NCBI RefSeq assembly: GCF_004010195.1
Contig: NC_057718.1
Span: 103,215,276-103,279,275, forward strand
Length of the DNA: 64,000 nt
Origin: Chiloscyllium plagiosum
Lineage: Eukaryota
Direction: 5' to 3'
Below are positions 1 through 11,278 of the stretch, piece after piece. The notes below the pieces were generated by a model, which was not told the origin of the DNA, ran no database searches, and saw nothing but the letters and a program-made list of their open reading frames with translations. Position 1 is the first letter of the stretch; every line of letters begins with the position of its first letter. The translations under genes were made by a program, and so were the position numbers.

Positions 1-452
1 GAGAGATGATCAGACCAGAGGAGTTATAAGAGCTGTACATAAGGAGATAGTGTGATTCACTGCAGGAGAGGATCACCGGATTGATTCCAGCATTGTCAGA
101 GCTGAGGCAGAGCGGAAATCAATTGCCTGGTGTTCAGAAGCAGGAAGGGGGATCTCATTTTACATTGCAACACACAAGGACTTGACGGCTGAGAGACCAT
201 CACCTCTGCCATGTTGAGGAGCATAGTCCCCAGTGAGGAATATTCAGGACTGAAATCAGAAGCACTTCCTTCAGTCGGAGGATTGCATACCTTCAGAAAT
301 TTCCAGCCGGCAGAGCGGAGCATTCTCAGTGCTTGAGACAATTCCAAAGTAAGACTAATTGACTCATGGCCCCTGAGAGATTCAAGACAAATGGGGGTAA
401 GGCCGGAAAGTAGACTTAAAGTAGAAGATCAGCCCTGAACTGATCAAATAGT

Positions 453-548
453 CATGATGTCACCTGATGAAGGAGCAGCGCTTAATAAGTTTGTGATTTC
501 AGATAAACATGTTGAACTATAACTTGGTGTCATCTGACTTCTGACCTT
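453..548 (+). mobile_element. Diverged family A element; similar diverged copies at 4885-5197, 21962-22092, 30336-30458, 37238-37418
   Basis: cacctgatgaaggagcagcgct ... aaacatgttgaactataacttggtgtcat ... gacttctgac. Confidence 0.65.
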
Positions 549-1280
549 ATTATATGTTTTTTAGGCTTGAGGGGCTGAATGGCCTACTTCATTGGCCTAG
601 CTGAATCGCCAAGCTGTCATTGAAGGATATGTTGTGGATCATTGGTCAATCTGTGGGACTCTGTGACCCTCTAGCATGACAAGGGAAGATGGATGAAAAT
701 TTCTTGGAGTTCTTTGCCTGTTCCATTTGGATTGTACTGAAAGATTAAACACTCTTAATTACAACGAAAACTGCTAGCGCAGGGGAAGATAACTTGGCTT
801 GATAAATGTTGCCCTTTTTTAAGATAAGTTTGGCGCCTCTCTTAGTTAAACACTAATTCCACTGATAATAAACAGTGATCTACTGCCAGAATGGGCTGAC
901 TTTAATAGGCGTGTATACTGCCGATATTACAAGTTGTTCTTGGGAGTGAACAAGACCATGAGATGCCAACTTTAGTCCCTTCATTCTGGAAATGTCACAG
1001 AGGTTTGGAAGTTCACCAATGTAAAAGAGGAGAGAGAGAAAGCATTGAGCTGGACACCCAGAACCTGCTGGGTACAATCGATGAAGACAGAAATTTTTAA
1101 AATGTGCTCAGAAAATCATGGTGTAATCAGAACAGAAAATGTGGCTTTATGAATGGGAATATGGACAGATTTATTTGGGGTTTTATTTTGCCTATGTAGC
1201 AAGTGAGGTAGATAAAGAAAAGGCCGTAAGTATGGGACTGAATTTACAGGAATTTGTATGTGGCTTGGATTGTCCCCATT

Positions 1281-1977
1281 ATAGAGTCATAGAGTCATCC
1301 AGCATGGAAACAAGACCCTTCGGCCCAACTAGTTCATGCCAACCATGTTCCCAAACTAAACTAGTCCCACCTGCCTGCTCCTGGCCCATCTCCCTTCCTA
1401 TTCATGTACTTATCCAAATGTCTTTTAAATGTTGTAACTGTACCCATATTCACCACTTCCTCAGGAAGGTCATTCCACACACAATCCACTCTATGTGTAA
1501 AACTGTTGTCCCTCACGTCCTTTTTAAATCTTTCTCCTCTCACCTTAAAAATATACCTGCTAGTTTTGAACTCTCAAAGCCTGGTGAAAAGACCCTTACT
1601 GGTCACTTTATCTATGTCCCTCATGATTTCATAAACCATTCCACCTCCTACATTCCATGGGAAAAAGACCCAGCCTCACTTTATAACTCAAACTCTCTAT
1701 TCCTGGCCATGATTCGGAGATGCTGGTGTTGGACTGGGGTGTACAAAGTTAAAAATCACACAACACCAGGTTATAGTCCCACAGTTTTAATTGAAAGCTA
1801 GTGTGCTTCCAATTAAACCTGTTGGACTTTAACCTGGTGTTGTGTGATTTGTAACTCTATTCCTGGCAACATCCTGGTAAATCTTTTCTGAATCCTCTCC
1901 AATTTAATAATATCCTTCCTGTAACAGGGTGACCAGAACTCCAGAAGAGGCCTCACCAACATCCTGTACAACCTCAC
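1281..1977 (-). mobile_element. CR1/HER1 LINE 3' fragment
   Basis: ORFs RGERFK..FTHRV..WNDLPEEVV..TFKRHLDKYM and LYRMLVRPLLE..LERIQKRFTRMLPG; (gactctat)n tail. Confidence 0.9.
1708..1854. mobile_element. Family A palindromic PLE-derived element inserted in a CR1 fragment
   Basis: Inverted arms (aatcacacaacaccaggtt / aacctggtgttgtgtgatt); TSD ctctattcctggc at 1695-1707 and 1855-1867. Confidence 0.85.
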
Positions 1978-2203
1978 AAAAAAAAGCTGGTGACGGCAAT
2001 TCAATGGCCCCAATCCATGGAGAGACGGTCCTTTGGCTTCACAGGAGGGACTGCCGTTCAGCACACCAACGGCAAAGTCTCTTCACCGCTGGTTAAAGAA
2101 AACAGTTGCTGGTGAGGGAAAACAAAATGACTTTCTCCAAGCTTTTGATGTTTTTACTGAGCAGAAAGACAAACCTAGAGATGTAGTCTGTATTAATCCA
2201 CTT

Positions 2204-2420
2204 AGAGTCATTGTCATTTAGATGTACAGCACGGAAACAGACCCTTCGGTCCAACCCGTCTATGCCGACCAGATAATCCAACCCAATCTAGTCCCACCTG
2301 CCAGCACCTGGCCCATACCCCTCCAAACCCTTCCTATTCATATACCCATCCAAATGCCTTTTAAATGTTGCAATTGTACCAGCCTTCAACACATCCTCTC
2401 GCAGCTCATTCCATACACAC
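2204..2420 (-). mobile_element. CR1/HER1 3' fragment
   Basis: 3' UTR acagacccttcggtccaac and ORF2 end similarity. Confidence 0.85.
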
Positions 2421-3903
2421 TTGCGCTGTACGTATACTGCCAGACCTCCTGAGTTTTCCCAGCAATTTCTGTTTTGGTTGCACAGGATTTCCGATTAAAT
2501 AGTTCCAAATGCCTCCTGCTCTCGGTTGTCATATCCCACCCAAATCTGCCTAATTGTGTCATCACACGGTAATTTACATAGAACATAGAACAGTACAGCA
2601 CAGGCCCTTCGGCCTTCAAGTTTATTTCCAAGTTTATTTCTTCAGCAATACCCTAGCAACAGCATTTGCAGTCTATCAAACACAGTAAAGTACCCAGAAA
2701 CTGGCAAAAATACTATCAGGTGGCTCCAACAATTACCGCCACCACAACAATCTGCATTGATAGAGCATCCTTAACCCTGTGGCGCTTCACTGGAGAGTTG
2801 TCAAAATAAAACTTGGCACTAAGTCATTGAATGAGATAAGTAGAGCAAATGATCAGACCCTTGATCAAAGAGGTGGATTTGCAGAAGCATCATAAGATGA
2901 TAAAATATTAACATTGGACTCTGAGGAGAGAGGAAGGTGTAACCTTCTCCACAGAGCTGCATTACAGGGATCAATGATGTGTAATAGTGTGTAAATAAAA
3001 GAGTTTGTTGGAACTGCTGAGAATCAGACAAAAGGGAAAATAGTTGCGGAGGTACAACAAAGTCCGAGTGGAGTCCCTCAGTGAGGGACAAACGCCACTC
3101 TCTTCAATCTTCGTGTCTACCTGGCAGCTTATCCCAGAAGAAGCAGTCAACTGAGGGCTGTATGAGTAAAGAACGATCAAACCATGAAAAACTGCACATG
3201 GTTACATTTCAACATTCAACATGAAGCAGCCTTCAGCTGTTGTATGGTATGGCTAATCATTATTGGCAAATGGGACTGGATTAATGTGGAATATCTAGTC
3301 GGCATGGATGTGTTGGTCTGTTTCACTGTTGTACCAAGCAAGTTCACAGCAACTTGAATATTGGATCTTATTTGAATTCTGATCTTTAACAGTAGGACTT
3401 ATAAAATAAAGCTTTATTAAAAATGGTTTAAGATCTTAATTGTATAAAAATTACAATTGTTCATTCCTGTTAATGCTTATGAAGTAAAACTAAGTTTTGC
3501 ATACTTCAAAGCAATATGTTAGTCATGTTGCACAATGTCTGTCGTCTGAGAGGCTATGTTCAAGTTGCTAGTTCTTACCAAAACCAGAGGTAGACAATAG
3601 GATCTTGACCTTCTGTTCTGTATTTGGAAATGAAAGAAACTCCTAACTAATGACTTCACATCAGAAATATTAAACTAGAATTCCAAAAGAGAAAAATGCT
3701 TTCCAGTTGTGAAACGCTTTGCTTCGTTTTTAAAGTCTATCTTCTGTCTTACTAATTTCTAGAAAGCCACTCACTACATAATCCAAACCCAGCTGAGTCC
3801 TAAGCTCAGACCCCCTGCCCCGGCATCACTGTCACTGTGTAAGCTGCCCCTTTGAGATTCCGTCAGCTTATTTGGAGTTTCTCTCTGCAGTGATGGGCAT
3901 GGA

Positions 3904-4420
3904 CCAGGTCTCCACTACTGGGCATTGCTGTCTCCAGGTCTCCACTACTGGGCATTGCTGTCTGTCTCCAGGTCTCCACTACTGGGCATTACTGTCTCCA
4001 GGTCTCCACTACTGGGCATTGCTGTCTCCAGGTCTCCACTACTGGGCATTGCTGTCTGCAGGTCTCCAGTACTGGGCATTGCTGTCTCCAGGTCTCCACT
4101 ACTGGGCATTGCTGTCTCCAGGTCTCCACTACTAGGCATTGCTGTCTCCAGGTCTCCACTACTGGGCATTGCTGTCTCCAGGTCTCCACTACTGGGCATT
4201 GCTGTCTCCAGGTCTCACTACTGGGCATTGCTGTCTCCAGGTCTCCACTACTGGGCATTGCTGTCTCCAGGTCTCACTACTAGGCATTGCTGTCTCCAGG
4301 TCTCCACTACTGGGCATTGCTGTCTGTCTCCAGGTCTCCACTACTGGGCATTGCTGTCTCCAGGTCTCCAGTACTGGGCATTGCTGTCTCCAAGTCTCCA
4401 CTACTGGGCATTGCTGTCTC
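3904..4420. repeat. 30-bp minisatellite, about 17 copies
   Basis: Unit ccaggtctccactactgggcattgctgtct with occasional +4 (gtct) and -1 variants. Confidence 0.95.
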
Positions 4421-4925
4421 CTGTCACTGTGTAGCAAGTCTGATGATGCTTCACTTCATAAGGCCCAATCTACAAATGATACTGGAAACTCAACATCACA
4501 TTGCATTCCATTATTCGTTTCAACTTATGCTTAAAGTTCTATCTAGAATCTGAATTATAGAAAGGCATCAGCCTTAGCTCTATTTATCCGGATTCTTTTC
4601 ATCCTGTGCAGAAAGCAGGGCTCCATCCATGTAGATATATTACCCTCCAACTTTACCTTTTGTTGGATCAGCATTCATTGCCCAACCCATGAGAAGGTGA
4701 ATGGTTGCAGTCCATATGCTGTAGGTACAGCAATGATGACATTAAGGAGGCAATTTCTGGGCTTTACCCCAGCCTCTTGTATAAAACAGATTAGGCATGG
4801 CACTTGATTGAATCTCTTTGAAGACCCAAGTTACTGTTTGGTGGAATGGGTAAATAGGTGGCAGTTGGAGTACACTGGGCAAAGTCAGAAGTCACATGAC
4901 ACTAAGTTACGGTCCAATAGACTTA

Positions 4926-5103
4926 CAGGGCAACCTCGATTATCCGAACGACATGGGCGGGGGTGTATTTTGTTCGAATAATCGAGCATTTGGATAATTG
5001 AATGTTCGGATAATACAGTTTACCCAAGCACTGGGGCCTTGTGATCTTGTTTGGATAATCTGAAATTCAGATAATTGATGTTTGGATAACCGAGGTTGTA
5101 CTG
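4926..5103. mobile_element. Tc1/mariner (Tigger/pogo-like) MITE
   Basis: About 24-bp TIRs cagggcaacctcgattatccgaac / gtttggataaccgaggttgtactg, with TA on both sides. Confidence 0.8.
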
Positions 5104-5203
5104 TATTTGAAATCATAAGGTTTTGGAACTCTGCCCGTTCATCAAGTGACTTCAGTGTGACTTCTGACTTTGTCCACCCCAGTCCAATACTGGCATTGAA
5201 GTA

Positions 5204-5407
5204 CAGTCAGTTCTTCTTTAACACAATGGTTGTGTTCTTATGCAACCCCGTGTTATAGAAAAATCGCACTTTAGAAGTATTGGAGATGTAATTGCGTTAC
5301 AGCCACGGCATGTGTTAAAAGTTCACACTACAAACAGCGACCCAGTTCATCAATCGCATTACAGCAAATTCATGTTGAGGAAATGCATGTTATAGCAGAA
5401 TGACCTG
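5204..5407. mobile_element. Second Tc1/mariner (Tigger-like) MITE
   Basis: Imperfect TIRs cagtcagttcttctttaaca / tgttatagcagaatgacctg, with TA on both sides. Confidence 0.65.
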
Positions 5408-5956
5408 TACCTTGGTAGAAGGAGCATGGAGAGACAGTGAACAACAGAGGGTACAACTCGAAAGGAGCGGATGGCCTTGTACATGGGCATAAGTCACCAA
5501 AAGTTACAGAACAGTTTGACAGAAAATCCTTGACTTTATTAATGGAGGCATGTTAAAAGCTGTTGTGTTGGAAATTCACATGATATTTACATTTCACTGG
5601 CTAACCTGGGAGGGCCAACTCTGATTTATTTTCCAATTTACATCAGTATTTCCCACTGTTTACCATATTAGAAACATAGAAATTAGGAGCTGGAGTCGGC
5701 CATTCAGCCCTTCAAGCCTGCCCCACTGTTCAGTATGATCATAATGGATCATCCAACTCAGTCCCCTGTTCTCTGTTTCTTCCCCTACTCTTTGATCCCT
5801 TTAGCCCTAAGAACTGTATTTAACTCCTTCTTTAAAGCATGCAATGGGTTGGCCTCAACAGCTTCCTGTGGCAGAGAATGTTGAGCAGTATTTGTACTCT
5901 GATGTCGGGATAGGAAGATGAATAAATGCTCCATCTTGTGACACACACAGCCTATC

Positions 5957-6148
5957 TTCCCAGTGGGAGTTGGGGAACACTTCAGCGGTCCGGGACATTC
6001 GACCTTGGACCTTCAGGTGACTATCCTCCAAGGCGGACTTCGGGACAGGCAGCAGTGAAAAGTGGCTGAGCAGAGGCTGATAGCTAAGTTCGGTGCCCAG
6101 AGGGAGGGCCTCAACTGAGACCTTGGGTTCATGTCACATTACAGGAGA
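5957..6148 (+). pseudogene. GIY-YIG endonuclease C-terminal fragment (Penelope-like), two in-frame stops
   Basis: Manual translation, in frame with ORF-track 6131 MSHYR; motifs PVGxxEHF, H..DL.V.IL, EQRLI.KF, GLN.D.GF. Confidence 0.8.
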
Positions 6149-6990
6149 CCACCATTGCACTACACACACACGCACTCCTATATATACACGGACACACATA
6201 TACACAGGCACACACACAGACACTCACACACACCCTTACAGACACACACACTCCCACACTCACACAGGCATCCTCTCAGAGACTTAGACCACTCTACACT
6301 CATACACACACATATACACTCTCTCTCACAGACACACACAACCCCCACCCCAAACACGCACACACTCCCACACTCACAAATGCACCCCCTCACAGACTTA
6401 AGACACTCTATACTTACACACATATACACTCTCTCTCACACTCACAATCCCCAACCTAGACAGACAGACACACACACACAGACAAAGACCCACATGCACA
6501 CATATAAATTGTGCGGTGAATTTGTACTTGCAGAGTTACATTGTACTTTGCTCAAAAACTGCATGAATTTATGTAAAGTTCTGAGCTCCAAAACTGCATG
6601 AATTCATGTAAAACTCCCTTATCTCACTTTTTAGATTAGAATCAATCTAAACATCATAGCATAGACAGAGAGCACAGGGGGCTAACACCTTCAACATATT
6701 GTCTAGCTAACATCCATTGTTACAGCTAACCTGAGAATGCAACTTTAATGCAACTTTGTGATTTACACATGAAAGAAGTGAAACTGTCATGGTGTTCAAA
6801 CAAATGAAAGACTCAACAATCAAGGTATTTTTCAATGTATAATTTCAGTTACATCACTGTAAATTTTTGCTATAAATTCTGTGCCTTAGTATTGTATCCG
6901 CCACTATGACCTGGTGAAGGAGCAGCGCTCCGAAAGCTAGTGTGCTTCCAATTAAACCTGTTGGACTGGTGTTGTGTGATTTTTAACTTT
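5957..6990 (+). mobile_element. Penelope-like retroelement 3' remnant: GIY-YIG C-terminus, CA-rich 3' UTR, hammerhead-bearing terminal repeat (family A)
   Basis: Frame from 5957 reads FPVGVGEHFSGPGHSTLDLQVTILQGGLRDRQQ*KVAEQRLIAKFGAQREGLN*DLGFMSHYR. It resembles the PLE GIY-YIG end (HF...H, E, GLN), and both stops are TGA, consistent with CGA decay. It is followed by a CA-rich UTR and by CTGGTGAAGGAGCAGCGCTCCGAAAGCTA at 6911-6939. Confidence 0.85.
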
Positions 6991-7153
6991 ATCCTCCCTA
7001 TGCTAGGCAATGCTGAGGGACACTCAATGCTCCTACTCATCCATCCATACCCCTAATCCATCTATTACCCACCTCTGGAGAGAAAATGCTGAGGGACTCT
7101 TGTAGTGTATTGATAGTGTCCCTACATCTGAGCTAGGCAGGCCTGAGTTCAAG

Positions 7154-7280
7154 GAGTAAGTGAGGACTGCAGATGCCGGAGATCAGAGCTGAAAATGTGT
7201 TGCTGGAAAAGCGCAGCAGGCCAGGCAGCATCCAAGGAGCAGGAGAATTGACGTTTCGAGCATGAGCCCTTCCTCAGGAA
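7154..7280 (-). mobile_element. Family B single-arm element
   Basis: TSD tgagttcaag at 7144-7153 and 7281-7290; interrupts a tRNA-like SINE. Confidence 0.85.
7250..7277 (-). ncRNA. Minimal hammerhead motif, family B
   Basis: Reverse complement: CTGAGGA A GGGC TCAT GCTC GAAA CGTC. Confidence 0.75.
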
Positions 7281-8903
7281 TGAGTTCAAGACCCACCTAC
7301 TCTACTGTCATAATATCTTTGAGCAGTTTAATTCGACAATACCTGTAAGACATAAAAATTTTCACTTAGTATCATAAACTCTAATGAAATTGTATGGTTC
7401 CAATTTTTGTTTTGGCCATAACACGCAAAACAATCCTTCACTTTCTATTTCATATGAAGCTTTTATAACATCAGTTGTCAAATTTTGTATGAAATGAAAA
7501 GAAATTTGGCCACAGAAATAACTGATGGATAAATGAACTCAAAGCAGATTTTTAATTTCTAAAATATACCTTAATCATAATATTTTTTTCCTGTGAAAAC
7601 ACAAATCTTCCACAGCCTCAGTCCGGAGATAGGCACTTCTGTGACACAAAGGTTTTTGAAAAAGTTTGGGTTTGTAATTCTCCAGGTGTGGAGGTGTTAA
7701 GGAGTGAGCAGAGGTGATCTGGTCTTGTTCCTTCTTGTATAATAAGTGAGATATTTTCCTAATCTACCTGTTACAGGGATGCTATGACCCACCTCTGAAG
7801 CAAGTGAGACTTAAACTTAGCTCTCCCAGCTCAGAGATAGGGACAATACAGCTGCACTGATAAAGCACACAAGGAGTGACTCTACCCTGGTGGAACATGT
7901 TCATGTGGAAGGGAGCAGGTTTAACCTGTTTAACAGTAGAATCCAAATCATCTTAAGCAGTCACACGTCTGGTGTGTGTGTGTGTGTGTGTGTGTGTGTT
8001 GGGGGGGCATAGAAACTGTGAGCTTTACTAGTGTGTGATTATCACATGTGTCATTAGCACACTTTGGTTGGTTTATCTTGCTTAAATGTTCATGCATCAT
8101 TGAGCACCCAAATTCCAGACTGGCTCCCAGGCCTGTTAGGAGTTACTGATTAACAATAATTTCAGTAGCTGCTGCTTGTATTTTCCTTCCTGGTGCATGA
8201 GAGTTAGTTTTATGATTTTTTAATTGAAGTGTAAATACTGGAGCGCCATAAAATGCTTTGATTTATAGGTGACAGGTATGAGAGCTTGCATCGGGGAAAG
8301 CAAGTGCGCTGGGTTCTGCAGTTGCTGGCTTTTCGACACTAATGGTGTTCTCCATCAACTTCAGTTTCTCCAGCCCTGGGATTTATCCTGCACAGTTTAG
8401 AGTTCACTGCTGTGCCTTTCCTTATAATGTACAGTCATTACTGGTTTAAATATTGTATGTACCTCATCTTCTGACTCCTCGGTCCATGAGCCACACCTCT
8501 CTGGGGGGATATTTACAAATGCAACGCAAAGCCACGATCAATGGAGCTGCCATACAAGCTGCCTGCAAGGCAGAATTCCCACAACCCGCTCAAAAGCCTG
8601 CAAACCAACTCCTATTGCACTTTGCTTATCATCCATCAAACTGTCACTTTAATTCAGATGCTATGAGTTGTTTTAATAATATACATTTCACACACACACA
8701 AAAGAATTGGTAACAGTGAGGATGGAGAGTTGCCTTATTATGACCCTCCAATTTCAAACTCTTTATCAGTGAAACCAGCTTCTTAAGGCTGGCCATCAGG
8801 CTATACTATTGTGAACAGCTGGATCAACATAATTTGTATTAGATATTTTCCCAATTAACCTGCTCAGTGATGTTATGACACACCTCTAGAGCAGATGGGT
8901 CTT

Positions 8904-9682
8904 AGAGTCAAAGTCATCCAACATGGAAACAGACCCTTCGGTCCGACTAGTCCATGCTGAATGTAATTCCAAACTAAATTAGTCCCACCTGCCTGTACTT
9001 GGCCCATACCCTTCCAAACCTTTCCTATTCATGTACTTATCCAAATGTCTTTTCATCGTTTTAACTGTACCCATATCCACCACTTCCTCAGGAAGTTCAT
9101 TCCACATGCAAACCACCCTCTGTGTAAAAAAAAAGCCCCTCATGCCTTTTTTAAATCTCTCTCCTCTCACTCAAAAATCTATCCCCCTGTCTTGACACCT
9201 ACCATTTATGCTGTCTATACCCATCATTATTGTATAAACTTCAATTAGGTCACCTCTCAACCTCCTACACTCCACCAATAAAAGTCTCAGCCCCTGCAGT
9301 CTTTCTTTACAATTCAAACCTTCCATACCCATCAACATCCTTGTAAATCTCTTCTGAACCTCCTCCAGCTTAATAAAAACCTTCCTATGACAGGGTGACC
9401 AGAACTGGCCTCAACAATGTCCTGTACAACCTCAACGTAACTTTCCAACTCCTGTGCTCAAAGGACGGAGCAATGAAGGCAACCGTGCCAAACACCTTTT
9501 TAACCACCCTGTCTATATGTGATGCAAACACCAAAGACTTACGTAGCTGCACCCCTAGGTCCCTCTGTTCTACAACACTACCCAAGGCCCGACCATTAAT
9601 TGTATAAGTTCTACCCTAGTTTTGTTGTACCAAAATGCAATACCTTGCATTTATCCAGATTCAACTCCACCTGCCATTTTTT
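8904..9682 (-). mobile_element. CR1/HER1 3' fragment
   Basis: ORFs 8979-9170 and 9385-9585 (EQRDLGVQ, LYRTLLRP). Confidence 0.9.
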
Positions 9683-10005
9683 AACCAAACCCAGGTCTCC
9701 TAGCTTAGAGATAGGGGCACTACCACTGTACCACAAAAGCCCTAGATATTTTCTCATCAATATATCCTACCCCTGGATCAGGTGGGACTTGCAACTATGT
9801 CTCCTGCCTCAGAGGTATGGACAGTACTACTGCCCCATAAGAACGCTGCAGCCAAGCTGATTTTAAATATATCCTTATATGGTTTAACTTCAGATTGTGT
9901 CAAGCCTTCTACATCAGTTCAGGTGAAATAGTCCATGAGATTTGCCTGATAAGTGTATCTCCACTAATGTTTTTGCATGTGTTTACTGTTTTCAGAAGGT
10001 GTGTG

Positions 10006-10057
<52 letters not shown>
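10006..10057. repeat. (TA)n microsatellite; also (TG)n 7973-7998, poly-G 18497-18514, (TA)n 43181-43204
   Basis: Read directly from the sequence. Confidence 0.95.
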
Positions 10058-10060
<3 letters not shown>

Positions 10061-11027
10061 CCTGGCCCTGCCAGGCTTGCTGTTCTCTTCCAACCTCCTG
10101 TTTGTCTGCCTTAAAATGAGGAGCAACTTGGGAAAATGTCCCATCATGGTTAAAGTTCCTCTTATCAACCTGCTTTGAATTGTACAGGTAACGAATGCCT
10201 TCCATTGGCTAACTTACAGAGAAGTGGCAAGGTGCTCAAAGATGAGAAAAAACAGCTATAAATGGAATTGAGAATTAGTTGTCATTATAGAGCAGATCAT
10301 GCTCATGTTAAACAGGATGCTCAGTTCTGCTGTTACTAACAGCAAGCATAAGCAACTATGCACAAAATAGTGACAAGAATAGCTTAGTCAATATACTACA
10401 GAGCAATTGTCAGTCAAAAATTAGTCTTGTCAGAGAGAGTGTGGTGCTGGAAAAGCACAGCCGGTCAGGCAGCATCTGAGGAGCAGGAGAATCAACATAC
10501 TTACTTTCACCCTGTCAGGGAGATGTCAACTCTGAGAAAACTAATGTCAAGACCAGTCTGTGTTGCTGCTGATGTGAAGGTAACTTCTTATGATGTAGTT
10601 GCCATTATTGGCTGGTTGTGCTGGTTTCTATGCGAAGGGGCTGGGTTTATAGGGGGCTGGATCATATGTCCAGATTGATTACTTACACTCGCATTGGATG
10701 AGATTGTAGCTCAGTCACGCACAATGTTAAAATCAGACTCCCAACCTGTAACACTCAGGAATTGGCACTGACAATGATATTCGAGAACCGCATCCTGGAC
10801 ATTCCTCCAATTCCCATTGCCAATCTGTCTGCAGGTCCCAGGTGAAGGTCAGCAGATTCTGGACAACTGCTGTCATTTGAACAGCTACAATTATGACAGG
10901 ATTACCCTTGAGCAGATGGTAGTGAGTTTCCTTCTTAACCTACTGAATGTCTGTGGTGTAGGAATACAGAAAATGCTTTCTGAAAGGGTGTTCCTACCTG
11001 TATCGCTCAAAAAAAAAACTCAGTGGT

Positions 11028-11278
11028 TCATAGAATCCCTACAGTGTAGAATCAGGCCATTCAGCCCATCCAGTCCACACCAATGCTCTGGAGAGTCTCC
11101 CACCTAGACACACTCCCTTACCCTAGCCCTGTAACCCTGCATTTCCCATCTGCCTGCACATCTTTGGACTATGGGAGGAAATCCCCTCAGATACAGGGAG
11201 AAAGTGCAAACTTCACACAGAGAGTTGCCCAAAAATGGAATTGAACCTGGGTCCCTGCCACTGTGAGCCACCACACCA
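11028..11278 (-). mobile_element. HE1/V-SINE, diverged; further copies at 12355-12650 (+), 18580-18830 (+), 22555-22742 (-)
   Basis: V-domain and tRNA-like head similarity. Confidence 0.75.

Noticed and set aside
1139..1801. 220-aa plus-strand ORF
   Set aside because: Mostly antisense of a CR1 fragment plus a family A insertion; a chance open frame
3872..4553. Multiple overlapping ORFs of 82-169 aa
   Set aside because: They are translations of the 30-bp minisatellite in several frames, with no splice or homology support
6131..6601. His/Thr-rich ORF; similar at 37620, 38224, 51221, 52190, 52287
   Set aside because: Translations of CA/TG low-complexity tracts; only the first residues at 6131 belong to the GIY-YIG remnant
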